From positions 23,879 through 87,878 of the forward strand of contig DCGP01000017.1 in assembly GCA_002314595.1 (NCBI GenBank): a DNA stretch of 64,000 nt. The letters run 5' to 3'. Shown piece after piece: positions 1-9,214 of this stretch (its first letter is position 1; each line of letters begins with the position of its first letter). The stretch is from Clostridiales bacterium UBA1775. GTDB taxonomy: Bacteria; Bacillota; Clostridia; Monoglobales; Firm-18. Under the pieces are notes generated by a model, which saw nothing but the letters and a program-made list of their open reading frames with translations, was not told the DNA's origin and searched no databases. The position numbers were made by a program, and so were the translations under genes.

Positions 1-1415
1 CTAATGACCTTGCAGAGGCTTGGATTGAAAAATGCTGGTATCCTTTTAGCGAATACGGCTATTTTATGAAAAACTTTATGAGAGGAATTAACCCTCCTTA
101 CAGTGGTATTATAAACAACTCATTTTACAAAGAGGGTATGGGTTGCCCAATCCGTTCGGAAATTTGGGGACTTATCAGTGTGGGTAATCCTAAATTAGCG
201 TCTGATTATGCTTACCTTGATGGTACATTAGACCATGCAGACAACTCTGTTTATGCCGAGCAATTTTTAGCAGTTGCAGAATCATTAGCATTCTTTGAAA
301 CAGATATGGAAAAGCTTTTGGACAAAGCAATGTCTTACGTTCCCACAGATTGCAAGCTTAAAAAATGCTATGATGATGTTGTAAAATACTATAAATCCGG
401 AATTTCTTGGATTGATGCAAGAAAAAAAGTATTGGACAAATATTCTCACCCTGACTTTACAAATGTTGTTCAAAACCTTGCATTTGTATTTATCTCTCTT
501 TTATATGGCAATGGGGACATCAGAAAGACAATTAACATCTCACTAAAATGTGGATATGACACAGACTGCACTTGTGCAAGTGCTGCATCAATCGTTGGTA
601 TTATGAAGGGATACAAGGGATTGGGAACAGAAATTACAGACCTTATCAAGGATTATTTTGTGTGTGGTGTTGATGTTGTAAGACCTTCCGACAGTATTAA
701 GGGTCTTGCAGAGGATACTGCAAAGATTGCACTTGCAATAGACAATGAATTTGTTAATATTACAGACATTCCTACTGAATTACAAGGTATTAAAAAGACA
801 AAGCCAAGCCTTGAAATTATCATACCAACTGAGGAAGGTATGAAAAAGGAAATTGCAAAAACAAGCCCTATTAAGTGGAAAATGTACGGCCCATACTTTG
901 AACAGCTTGACCTACCTATGAACCCCGATTACCCAAGCCCTCATGGTGAAGGTTGCGTATTGCCCGACTTGGTTTGTATGGTAAACAATCAAGTATTTTT
1001 GGACAAAAAGTACATTGATGAAACCAAACTTGAAATGCCAAAGGACGCATTTATTTGTAACATTGATGCTTATGAAGACCTTATTCCTATTGAAGAAAAT
1101 ATCAGTATGGAAGGTCAAATGTGTGTATATTTAAAGGCAAAAATTGTTTCCGATAAAGACCAACGTATTTGGGCAGTTATCGGTAATACTGATGGATTTA
1201 CGCTATGGGTAAACAAAAAAGAATTGCTTTCAAAAGATGAAATTCGTATGTATACTCCATACAACAACTTCTGCTTTGTTGACCTTAAAAAAGGTGAAAA
1301 TGAAGTAGTTATTAAATTACTCAGAAGAACTGATTTGCTTAAATTTGCTATTGGATTTAGAGAATATAACGGTGAGCATTGGCACAAAAACAAATGGTGC
1401 ACAGACTTAAAATAG
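1..1415 (+). CDS. ADP-ribosylglycohydrolase family protein, 5'-truncated by the window edge, with an extra C-terminal domain
   Basis: The frame of ORF 66..1415 stays open back to nt 3, so the gene starts upstream of the window. CGYDTDCTCASAASIVG matches the C-terminal G-x-D-T-D metal-binding block of the DraG/ARH fold. The last ~200 aa (KWKMYGPYF...VVIKLLRR) are an additional beta-sandwich-like region. Confidence 0.75.
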   Translation, partial: NDLAEAWIEKCWYPFSEYGYFMKNFMRGINPPYSGIINNSFYKEGMGCPIRSEIWGLISVGNPKLASDYAYLDGTLDHADNSVYAEQFLAVAESLAFFETDMEKLLDKAMSYVPTDCKLKKCYDDVVKYYKSGISWIDARKKVLDKYSHPDFTNVVQNLAFVFISLLYGNGDIRKTINISLKCGYDTDCTCASAASIVGIMKGYKGLGTEITDLIKDYFVCGVDVVRPSDSIKGLAEDTAKIALAIDNEFVNITDIPTELQGIKKTKPSLEIIIPTEEGMKKEIAKTSPIKWKMYGPYFEQLDLPMNPDYPSPHGEGCVLPDLVCMVNNQVFLDKKYIDETKLEMPKDAFICNIDAYEDLIPIEENISMEGQMCVYLKAKIVSDKDQRIWAVIGNTDGFTLWVNKKELLSKDEIRMYTPYNNFCFVDLKKGENEVVIKLLRRTDLLKFAIGFREYNGEHWHKNKWCTDLK

Positions 1416-1423
1416 CATTTAAT

Positions 1424-1449
1424 AAAGGGGTTGTAAATACAACCCCTTT
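1424..1449. terminator. Bidirectional intrinsic terminator between converging genes
   Basis: Perfect hairpin AAAGGGGTTGT-aaat-ACAACCCCTTT with A/T runs on both sides. It lies between the stop at 1415 (+) and the stop at 1474 (-). Confidence 0.6.
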
Positions 1450-1473
1450 AACTATGTTTTGAAGTATTGTAAA

Positions 1474-1626
1474 TTAGCAACCACAATCACAGTTGTCGCC
1501 TGCTACATTACCACAGCAACCTGTATTACTGAAAATAAGCAAGAACAAAATTATGAACCATAAAATTGTGTCATTTCCATTAAACACGCTACCACAGCTA
1601 TTACCACAACCACCGAATAAACTCAT
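1474..1626 (-). CDS. Small Cys/Gly-rich single-TM peptide (50 aa), tiny-TM/YjcZ-like by composition
   Basis: ORF below the track cut-off: MSLFGGCGNSCGSVFNGNDTILWFIILFLLIFSNTGCCGNVAGDNCDCGC. AGGAGGG Shine-Dalgarno (rev-comp of 1634-1640) sits 7 nt before the ATG at 1626. The terminator 1424-1449 follows the stop. Confidence 0.55.
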   Translation of the reverse strand: MSLFGGCGNSCGSVFNGNDTILWFIILFLLIFSNTGCCGNVAGDNCDCGC

Positions 1627-1688
1627 AAATACACCCTCCTTTTTTTAACTTCATTACATACTATGTTTAAACTAATTTTTTGTTACTG

Positions 1689-1717
1689 TTGTAAAAACCA
1701 CAAAAATAGTGTATTAT
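1689..1717 (+). promoter_or_regulatory. Putative sigma-A promoter of cca
   Basis: TTGTAA - 17 nt - TATTAT. This would put the transcript start after the GTG at 1709 and so supports the TTG 1742 start. Confidence 0.35.
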
Positions 1718-1741
1718 TATATTGATACGGAGGTGATTTTT

Positions 1742-2899
1742 TTGAAAATAAGCATTCCACAATATGTTAAAAGTGCAATTAAAACCTTAAATGACAACGG
1801 ATATGAGGCATTTGTTGTAGGTGGTGCTGTACGTGATGCAATTTTAGGCACTAATCCAAAAGATTGGGACATCACTACAAATGCAGATGTTACGGCTATC
1901 CAAAATTCCTTTGAAAAGCATTTTGACACAGGCATAAAACACGGTACAATTACTGTGCTTGTTGACAACAATCCCATAGAAATCACCACATATCGCATTG
2001 ACGGAGAATACAAGGACAATAGGCACCCAAAATCTGTGCAATTTACAAAAAATTTATCCGAAGATTTAAAACGCAGAGATTTTACCATAAATGCAATGGC
2101 TTACAACCACAAGGACGGCCTTGTTGACCTTGAAAATGGTATTGATGACCTTAAAAACGGTATAATTAGGTGTGTGGACAACCCAAATGTTAGATTTAAC
2201 GAAGATGCTCTTCGAATACTAAGAGCAATAAGATTTGCTTCAAGACTTAATTTTAAAATTGAAACAGCCACTTTTGATGCCATAAAAAAACACAAAGAAC
2301 TACTTAAAAACATTAGTGCAGAAAGAATAAGAGAGGAATTTTTAGGGATAATTATGACTGACTGTGGTGTTTCTATGCTATTTGAAACAGGCGTCGCAAA
2401 GGTTATAATGCCTAAAATTACGTTTGAAAGCAAGGCAGTTAAAAATGTTGATAATATCAAAATATTAAAGCTTGCCTCTATCTTAGCAGAATGCTCATTT
2501 AACGATGCAAAAGACTTTTTAACCACATATAAATTTGATAACAAAACTAAAAAAGATGTTTTAAAAATATTATCCGTCAAGGAGGAAAAGTTCCAAAACA
2601 GTGAATATTTTATAAGAAAACTAATTAGCAAATACGGCAAGGAGTCTGTAAATTATGGCATAAAATTAAGGCTTGCACTTGGTGAAAATACGAAGGAATA
2701 TCAAGACCTTTTTGATGTTGTAAAAGACCAGCCTTGCAGTATTAAATCACTTGATATTAACGGAAAAGACCTTGAAAGCTTAGGTATCACCGGTGTTAAA
2801 ACAGGAAATATTTTGAACAAATTATTGGAAGAAGTTTTAAAAAATCCAACCATTAACTGTAAAGAAACATTGACGCAATTAGCCAACAAGTTAAAATAA
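1742..2899 (+). CDS. cca: CCA tRNA nucleotidyltransferase (class II, poly(A) polymerase head domain)
   Basis: GGAVRD...DWD nucleotidyltransferase motif, RRDFTINAM and EDALRILRAIRF motifs. Start placed at TTG 1742, 6 nt after GGAGGTG (1729-1735), rather than the track's GTG at 1709. Confidence 0.85.
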   Translation: MKISIPQYVKSAIKTLNDNGYEAFVVGGAVRDAILGTNPKDWDITTNADVTAIQNSFEKHFDTGIKHGTITVLVDNNPIEITTYRIDGEYKDNRHPKSVQFTKNLSEDLKRRDFTINAMAYNHKDGLVDLENGIDDLKNGIIRCVDNPNVRFNEDALRILRAIRFASRLNFKIETATFDAIKKHKELLKNISAERIREEFLGIIMTDCGVSMLFETGVAKVIMPKITFESKAVKNVDNIKILKLASILAECSFNDAKDFLTTYKFDNKTKKDVLKILSVKEEKFQNSEYFIRKLISKYGKESVNYGIKLRLALGENTKEYQDLFDVVKDQPCSIKSLDINGKDLESLGITGVKTGNILNKLLEEVLKNPTINCKETLTQLANKLK

Positions 2900-2966
2900 T
2901 ATTGCATTTTTACAAAAATTATGATAAAATAAATAAGAGAATTAAAATAAAGAGAGGTGGCCGAAA

Positions 2967-3392
2967 ATGAATGGCGTTGCTTTCTTTTGGATTGTAGTTG
3001 CTGTAATATTAGGAATAATTGAGTGTGCTACACCACAACTTGTTTCAATTTGGTTTTGTGGTGGGGCGATTGTTTCAGCCCTTATTGCCTACTTTGTAAC
3101 AGATATGCTGTGGGTTTCGATAGTTGTTTTTATAATCGTTTCGACACTGCTACTTATCTTTACAAGACCTCTTGTAAAAAAGAAAATGTTGGTTAAGGCA
3201 GAGCCTACAAACGCTGACAGGATTTTAGGCAAAGAGGCTATTGTTATTGAAGACATTAACCCTATTGAAAATGTCGGTCAAATTAAGGTTGACGGTCAAA
3301 TATGGTCAGCCAAAAGCCAACAGCCGATTTTAAAAGGTGAAAAAGTTACTGTTTCCTCTATCGAGGGTGTAAAAGCAGTTGTTACAAAATAA
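2967..3392 (+). CDS. NfeD family membrane protein
   Basis: Three N-terminal TM helices plus a C-terminal OB-like segment (GQIKVDGQIWSAKS...GEKVTVSSIEG). It sits immediately upstream of an SPFH gene, the classic NfeD-SPFH pair. Confidence 0.8.
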   Translation: MNGVAFFWIVVAVILGIIECATPQLVSIWFCGGAIVSALIAYFVTDMLWVSIVVFIIVSTLLLIFTRPLVKKKMLVKAEPTNADRILGKEAIVIEDINPIENVGQIKVDGQIWSAKSQQPILKGEKVTVSSIEGVKAVVTK

Positions 3393-3410
3393 TATTTAGG
3401 AGGAATTTTT

Positions 3411-4325
3411 ATGATAATCTATATTATACTTGTTTTATTTCTTGTTCTAATAATTGCAAATATCAGGATTGTACCTCAGGCACAAGCGTATGTTGTTGAA
3501 AGGCTTGGCGCATATTATAAAACTTGGAATGTTGGTCTTAATGTCAAAATTCCGTTTATAGACAGAATTGAAAAAAAGGTTACTTTAAAAGAACAGGTTG
3601 TTGACTTTAAACCTCAACCGGTTATTACAAAAGATAATGTTACTATGCAAATTGATACTGTTGTGTATTTTCAAATTACAGACCCTAAACTTTACACATA
3701 CGGGGTTGACTACCCAATGAGTGCAATCGAAAACTTGACTGCCACTACACTTCGTAACATTGTCGGTGATTTAGAACTTGACCAAACACTTACTTCAAGG
3801 GATACAGTTAATACAAAAATGCGTTCAATTTTGGACGAAGCTACCGACCCTTGGGGCATTAAAATAAACAGAGTTGAGCTTAAAAACATCTTGCCTCCTC
3901 GTGAAATCCAAGATGCTATGGAAAAACAAATGAAGGCAGAGCGTGAACGACGTGAGTCCATCCTTAAAGCCGAAGGTGAAAAGAGGTCTGCAATACTTGT
4001 TGCAGAAGGTCAGAAGGAAGCTCAAATCCTTAATGCACAAGCAGACAAGGAAGCTGCAATTTTGCTTGCAGAAGCTAAAAAAGAAGCTCAAATTAGGGAA
4101 GCCGAAGGTCAAGCAGAAGCAATCTTGAAGGTTCAGGAGGCTACTGCAGAAGGTATTAAACGAATCAATGAAAGCAATCCGCAAAATGCGTATTTAACTA
4201 TAAAGGCACTTGAATCTTTAGAAAAAGTTGCAGATGGTAAATCTACTAAAATCGTTATTCCGTCGGAAATACAAGGTATTGCAGGTCTTGCGGCAGGCTT
4301 AAAAGAAATTATAAAAGAAGATTAG
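3411..4325 (+). CDS. SPFH/band-7 (stomatin-like) protein
   Basis: N-terminal TM helix, then SPFH core (VVERLGAYYKTWNVGLNVKIPFIDR...TKDNVTMQIDTVVYFQI) and a coiled-coil tail rich in AE/KEA repeats. Confidence 0.9.
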   Translation: MIIYIILVLFLVLIIANIRIVPQAQAYVVERLGAYYKTWNVGLNVKIPFIDRIEKKVTLKEQVVDFKPQPVITKDNVTMQIDTVVYFQITDPKLYTYGVDYPMSAIENLTATTLRNIVGDLELDQTLTSRDTVNTKMRSILDEATDPWGIKINRVELKNILPPREIQDAMEKQMKAERERRESILKAEGEKRSAILVAEGQKEAQILNAQADKEAAILLAEAKKEAQIREAEGQAEAILKVQEATAEGIKRINESNPQNAYLTIKALESLEKVADGKSTKIVIPSEIQGIAGLAAGLKEIIKED

Positions 4326-4341
4326 AAAAGGAAGTTGAAAC

Positions 4342-5082
4342 ATGTCAGGACATTCAAAATGGGCAACCATTAAAAGAAAAAAAGGTGCTAATGATGCACA
4401 AAGAGGTAAAATTTTTACAAAGTTAGGCAGAGAGCTTGCAGTTGCAGTTAAAACAGGCGGTGGCCCGGACCCTGCTTCAAATTCAAGACTTAAAGATGTT
4501 ATTGCAAAGTGTAAATCTAACAATATGCCTAATGATACAATTTCAAGAAGTATCAAAAAGGCTGCCGGTGAAGGTAGTGGAGATAACTACGAAGAAATCA
4601 CATACGAAGGCTACGGTCCAAATGGTGTTGCAGTTATCGTTGAAACTCTTACTGATAACAGAAACAGAACTGCTGCAGATATGCGCCATTATTTTGATAA
4701 ATTTGGTGGCAACTTGGGAACAAGCGGTTGCGTAATGTTTATGTTTGATAAAAAGGGTATCATCTTAATTGAAAACGATGGTTCATTAGATGAAGAACAG
4801 GTTATGATGGACGCATTAGACGCCGGTGCAGATGATGTTGAAACAAACGACGATGGGTTTGAAATCTCAACAGACCCAAATGGCGTTTCTAACGTAAGCG
4901 AAGCCTTAGAAGCAAAGGGATATTCAATCGCTCAGGCAGAAGCTCAATTTGTACCACAAACAGAAACTGCTCTTTCAGATGACCATGACATCTTGATGAT
5001 GAACAAGTTAATTGAACATTTAGAAGATAGCGACGACGTTCAAAACGTATGGCATAACTGGGAAAACCCAACAGAGGAATAA
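4342..5082 (+). CDS. yebC: YebC/PmpR family DNA-binding regulator
   Basis: Diagnostic N-terminus MSGHSKWATIKRKKG, plus YEGYGPNGVAVIVE and NRNRTAADMRH motifs. Confidence 0.95.
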   Translation: MSGHSKWATIKRKKGANDAQRGKIFTKLGRELAVAVKTGGGPDPASNSRLKDVIAKCKSNNMPNDTISRSIKKAAGEGSGDNYEEITYEGYGPNGVAVIVETLTDNRNRTAADMRHYFDKFGGNLGTSGCVMFMFDKKGIILIENDGSLDEEQVMMDALDAGADDVETNDDGFEISTDPNGVSNVSEALEAKGYSIAQAEAQFVPQTETALSDDHDILMMNKLIEHLEDSDDVQNVWHNWENPTEE

Positions 5083-5111
5083 TTTATTCTATTATTGTGT
5101 AGCAAAATGAT

Positions 5112-5148
5112 ATACACCTCCAAAAGTATCTAACTTTTGGAGGTGTAT
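5112..5148. terminator. Bidirectional intrinsic terminator (yebC / clpC convergence)
   Basis: 16-bp perfect hairpin ATACACCTCCAAAAGT-atcta-ACTTTTGGAGGTGTAT followed by a T-rich tract. Confidence 0.7.
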
Positions 5149-5175
5149 ATTTTATAAATTTATATTCTTTTAACT

Positions 5176-7578
5176 TTATACCTTTACTTTTTCTTTAATT
5201 ATAATTTCATTATTAAAATCTATTTCATATTCTTTAAATTTTAAAATATCGCCTTTTAAAACGGCGTCAGCAATTAAATCCTCCACCATACTTTGAATAT
5301 TTCTGCGAAGAAGTCTTGCTCCGTATTTTGAGTCATAGGACTTTCCGGCAATATACTCTTTTAAGTTATTTGAAAATTCCACGAAAATATCGTTTTCTTT
5401 TAATCTTTCGACAAGCTCTGAAAGCATAATTGATGAAATTTGTAAGATGTCATCTTTGGTTAATGAATTAAATACTATAATATCATCAACTCTGTTAATA
5501 AATTCAGGCTTTAATGACTTTTTTAGTTTGTCTAAAATAGTGTTTTTAATATCTTTTTGAACATTAGACTCACTAAATCCTAATGATTTCTGATTAAAAA
5601 TCTCTTCTGCACCTATGTTTGTAGTCATAATAATAATTGTGTTTTTAAAGTCCACCTTATGACCTAATGAATCCGTTAAAAATCCGTCTTCTAATATTTG
5701 AAGCAAAATATTTAACACATCAGGGTGCGCCTTTTCAATTTCATCTAAAAGCACAACAGAATAAGGCTTTCTGCGTACTAATTCTGTTAGCTTTCCACCA
5801 TCTTCGTGGCCTACGTATCCCGGAGGAGCACCAATAAGTTTGGCAACAGAATGTTTTTCCATAAGCTCACTCATATCCACACGAACAAGGGATTTATTAT
5901 CACCAAATACAGTTTCGGAAACAAGCTTGGCAAGTTCTGTTTTGCCTACGCCTGTTGCTCCTGCAAATATAAACGTACCAACCGGACGATTTGGATTTTT
6001 GATACCTACCCTGCCCCTGCGTATTGCCTTGGATACTGAGGAAACAGCATCTTTTTGACCAACTAATTTTTTAGAAATAGTTTCTTCCATATTAACAAGT
6101 GCCTTTTCGTCCCCTGACGATAGCTGTGTAACAGGTATCCCTGTCCATTGAGATAAAACCTCTGCAATATTTTCAGGCATAAGTTTTAAATTTTCATCAA
6201 TTATTTCTGCCTTACTTTCCTCATCTGCAAGTTGCTTTTTAACGTTAATAATATCCAATCTTTTTGCTGATGCTCCGTCAAAATCCGACTGATAAAGAAA
6301 GGAGTCCATTTGCTCCTCCAAGCTAACTATCATATTCTTTAAATCACTGATTTTTTTATTGTTATTTTGGGATTTTAATCTTAATTTTGAAGCAGATTCA
6401 TCAATTAAATCAATGGCCTTGTCCGGCAAAAATCTATCTTGTATATACCTTGATGATAATCTTACAGCTGTTTTTAGGCTATCGTCTGTTATTAAAATAT
6501 GGTGATGGTTTTCGTAATAAGGTTTTAGCCCCATTAAAATTTCAAAGGCTTCCTCCTCTGTTGGTTGGTCTACCATAACAGGTTGGAAACGGCGCTCTAA
6601 TGCAGTATCCTTTTCAATATGTTTTCTGTATTCGTTAATCGTAGTTGCACCAATAAGACGAATTTCTCCCCTTGCAAGCATTGGTTTTAGAATATTTGCA
6701 GCATCTATTGAACCCTCAGCCGAACCGGCGCCAATAATTGTGTGAACCTCATCAATAAACAAAATAATATTTCCTGCAAGGACAACTTCGTCTAAAATCT
6801 TTTTAAGACGCTCTTCAAATTCGCCTCTATACTTTGTACCTGCCACCATTGATGACATATCAAGTGCAACAAGTCGCTTTCCCTTAAATTCCGAATTAAC
6901 GCTTTCTTCTATTAGTTTAATGGCTATACCTTCTACAATCGCAGTTTTGCCAACACCCGGCTCACCAATTAGGCACGGATTATTTTTGGTACGTCTTGAA
7001 AGAATCTGTAACGTACGTTGGATTTCTTTATTTCTGCCAATGACATTATCTATCTTTCCGTCCTTGGCAAGCCTTGTTAAATCCTTTGAAAATTTATCAA
7101 GATTTGGAGTATTTTTATTAACGTTAGGTCTTTCTTTATCCTTTGTGCAAAATTCGGAAGTACGTTCTTTAATCCTATTGATATTTACATCTAACATTCC
7201 GAGTATTTCTAATGCCATATTATTTCCATCATCTAAAATTGCAAGTAAAATATGTTCTGTACCTATGGTATCAAGCTTTAAATTTTCGGCAATTTTATAT
7301 GCTTTTTCTATAATATCCCTAACCTTAGGTGTAATACCGATTGTGCCTAAATCATCAGGTTTATCTTGAACAATAAGCTCCTCTGCAAGTACATATAATT
7401 TTGACTCTGTTACTCCAAAGGAATTCAAAATTTTACCGGCAACACATTGGCTTACCTTTAACATTCCAAGTAAAATATGCTCTGTCGAAAGCACGTTTCT
7501 GCCAAGTTCTATTGCATATTCCTTTGCATATATAAGTGTCCTTTCGGAACTTTTTGTAAATTTTGTTTTAGGAAACAT
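5176..7578 (-). CDS. clpC: ATP-dependent Clp protease ATP-binding subunit ClpC
   Basis: Duplicated Clp_N repeats (TEHILLGML / TEHILLAIL). Two AAA+ modules (GEPGVGKTA, GATGVGKTE Walker A; DEVH / LDEIEKAH Walker B) and a short middle domain. Start moved to the ATG at 7578, preceded by AGGAGGTG. Confidence 0.9.
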   Translation of the reverse strand: MFPKTKFTKSSERTLIYAKEYAIELGRNVLSTEHILLGMLKVSQCVAGKILNSFGVTESKLYVLAEELIVQDKPDDLGTIGITPKVRDIIEKAYKIAENLKLDTIGTEHILLAILDDGNNMALEILGMLDVNINRIKERTSEFCTKDKERPNVNKNTPNLDKFSKDLTRLAKDGKIDNVIGRNKEIQRTLQILSRRTKNNPCLIGEPGVGKTAIVEGIAIKLIEESVNSEFKGKRLVALDMSSMVAGTKYRGEFEERLKKILDEVVLAGNIILFIDEVHTIIGAGSAEGSIDAANILKPMLARGEIRLIGATTINEYRKHIEKDTALERRFQPVMVDQPTEEEAFEILMGLKPYYENHHHILITDDSLKTAVRLSSRYIQDRFLPDKAIDLIDESASKLRLKSQNNNKKISDLKNMIVSLEEQMDSFLYQSDFDGASAKRLDIINVKKQLADEESKAEIIDENLKLMPENIAEVLSQWTGIPVTQLSSGDEKALVNMEETISKKLVGQKDAVSSVSKAIRRGRVGIKNPNRPVGTFIFAGATGVGKTELAKLVSETVFGDNKSLVRVDMSELMEKHSVAKLIGAPPGYVGHEDGGKLTELVRRKPYSVVLLDEIEKAHPDVLNILLQILEDGFLTDSLGHKVDFKNTIIIMTTNIGAEEIFNQKSLGFSESNVQKDIKNTILDKLKKSLKPEFINRVDDIIVFNSLTKDDILQISSIMLSELVERLKENDIFVEFSNNLKEYIAGKSYDSKYGARLLRRNIQSMVEDLIADAVLKGDILKFKEYEIDFNNEIIIKEKVKV

Positions 7579-7642
7579 ATTTTCACCTCCTAATAAATTA
7601 TATCCAAAAATTTCTGTCATAAAACTTTTATTTTGAAAAATC

Positions 7643-7669
7643 AACGCCAAAGGCTAACCCTTTGGCGTT
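7643..7669 (-). terminator. Intrinsic terminator after the cps triad
   Basis: Hairpin AACGCCAAAGG-ctaac-CCTTTGGCGTT, followed on the minus strand by GATTTTTCAAAAT. Confidence 0.55.
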
Positions 7670-7688
7670 TTGAATTACAAATATTATT

Positions 7689-8411
7689 TTAATAAATAAC
7701 CTCGTTATTAAGCATTTTTTCTGAATTTCTCATTAGTTCATCAAATTTGTCTTGACCCATACGTTTAATAATATAATCCTTAGCCTTGCCCATACACGGC
7801 TTTCTGCTGTCGGTATTATGACAATCCGAACCGATAAAATCTGCAATATCATACTTAATATACTTATGTTGCACAGATTTGCCGATAAATTGCTTGATAC
7901 AATCAACATTAACCTGAAACAGGTAATCCATTTCTTTTAATTTTAAAAGGCCAACATTGTCCAAAAACTTCTTGTTATATCTTTCAATGTGCGCCAAAAT
8001 AATATTAACATTATATTTTGAAGATATTCTAAATAATTCTTCAAAAACCCAATCATTTATTTTTGTAAGAGGAAGCTCTATAAGTATATAGTCTGTTCCA
8101 TCTATGCAAAGCTTGTCCATTTCAAGCTCTTGATGCATATTATATTCAAGCTGAACCTCTGCACCTAATACAATCTTAGGTAAATCAGTGGTATACAATT
8201 CTGAATTTATTAGCATTTCGTACGCATTTTGCCTACGCTTCAAAAAGCCCTCAACAGACATAGGGTGATAAAAATGAGGTGTTGCCAAAACCGTTGTTAC
8301 CCCTTGGTCCTTCATCATTTTTAACATCTCTATTGATTCTTCGATTGTTTTACTACCGTCATCCATTCCCGGTAATATATGAGAATGTAGGTCAATTATG
8401 GGAGATTTCAT
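7689..8411 (-). CDS. PHP-family protein-tyrosine phosphatase (CpsB/YwqE type)
   Basis: N-terminal IDLHSHILPGMDDGS motif and a later ATPH...H pattern typical of CpsB/YwqE Mn-dependent phosphatases. Confidence 0.85.
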   Translation of the reverse strand: MKSPIIDLHSHILPGMDDGSKTIEESIEMLKMMKDQGVTTVLATPHFYHPMSVEGFLKRRQNAYEMLINSELYTTDLPKIVLGAEVQLEYNMHQELEMDKLCIDGTDYILIELPLTKINDWVFEELFRISSKYNVNIILAHIERYNKKFLDNVGLLKLKEMDYLFQVNVDCIKQFIGKSVQHKYIKYDIADFIGSDCHNTDSRKPCMGKAKDYIIKRMGQDKFDELMRNSEKMLNNEVIY

Positions 8412-8416
8412 AATAA

Positions 8417-9214
8417 TTATCTTCCTGCTCTATAACTAATATATGTATCTGTATATTTGTATTTCTTTTTGTACTTATATGTATTTGTAACTTCTGCAAC
8501 ACCATTTAGAATAATGCCCAAAGGCTTAATGTTTGCAATTTCAAACTTTGCCATTGTCATATCAAGTGCTTGGAACTCTGTATAATTTGCCCTTACAACT
8601 AACAAATAGCCTGTAACAAATGAAGATAGTACCAATGAATCTGATACAACATTAACAGGTGGTGTATCTATAATGATAAAGTCATACTTGCTTTCATATT
8701 CCGAAACAAATGCTTCCATAGCATCTGAACTTAACAGTTCCATTGGGTTCGGTGGAATATGACCTGATGTAACAACATCTAAATTTTCACGAATATTTTT
8801 ATGAACAAATTCGTGGTTATCGTCATCAAACACGTTTGATAACACATTTGATAAACCTACTTTGTTTGATAGGTTAAACAATTTATGAATTTTTGGCTTA
8901 CGAAGGTCCCCGTCAACAAGCAAAACTTTTTTGCCTGTTTGTGCAAATGTGATAGCAATGTTTACAGAATTTGTAGTTTTGCCTTCACTTGGGAAAGAAC
9001 TTGTAACAACGAACTTTCTGCAACCTGTGCCTCTTGAAGTAAACAAGATGTTTGTACGTAAGTCCTTGTATGCTTCGATAATATTAAAGTTTGTACCTTC
9101 TGCTAAAATTGTGTTGTCAAAGCTTAATGTTTCAAATGACGACTTTCTTTTGCCAACGAAGCCAAGCTTTTTAACGGAGGTCTTGTTTGTTTTTTCTTTA
9201 CTTTTTTGGTTCAT
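8417..9214 (-). CDS. BY-kinase, cytoplasmic ATPase subunit (CpsD/CapB/YwqD type)
   Basis: Walker A SSFPSEGKTT, Walker A' VDGDLRKP and Walker B IIIDTPP. The C-terminal tail is Tyr-rich (YKYKKKYKYTDTYISY), which is the autophosphorylation cluster. Confidence 0.85.
   Translation of the reverse strand: MNQKSKEKTNKTSVKKLGFVGKRKSSFETLSFDNTILAEGTNFNIIEAYKDLRTNILFTSRGTGCRKFVVTSSFPSEGKTTNSVNIAITFAQTGKKVLLVDGDLRKPKIHKLFNLSNKVGLSNVLSNVFDDDNHEFVHKNIRENLDVVTSGHIPPNPMELLSSDAMEAFVSEYESKYDFIIIDTPPVNVVSDSLVLSSFVTGYLLVVRANYTEFQALDMTMAKFEIANIKPLGIILNGVAEVTNTYKYKKKYKYTDTYISYRAGR

Noticed and set aside
2101-2640. Long antisense ORFs inside cca, clpC (6920-7369), the MDR gene (31537-31926), the PP2C gene and others in the track
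   Set aside because: All lie opposite strongly motif-supported genes. None has a recognisable motif or RBS. Such ORFs are expected by chance in AT-rich genomes.
7579-7650. Search for a CtsR box (GGTCAAA direct repeat) upstream of clpC
   Set aside because: No GGTCAAA-like repeat is present. ctsR, mcsA and mcsB are also absent, so clpC is not under a recognisable CtsR operator here.
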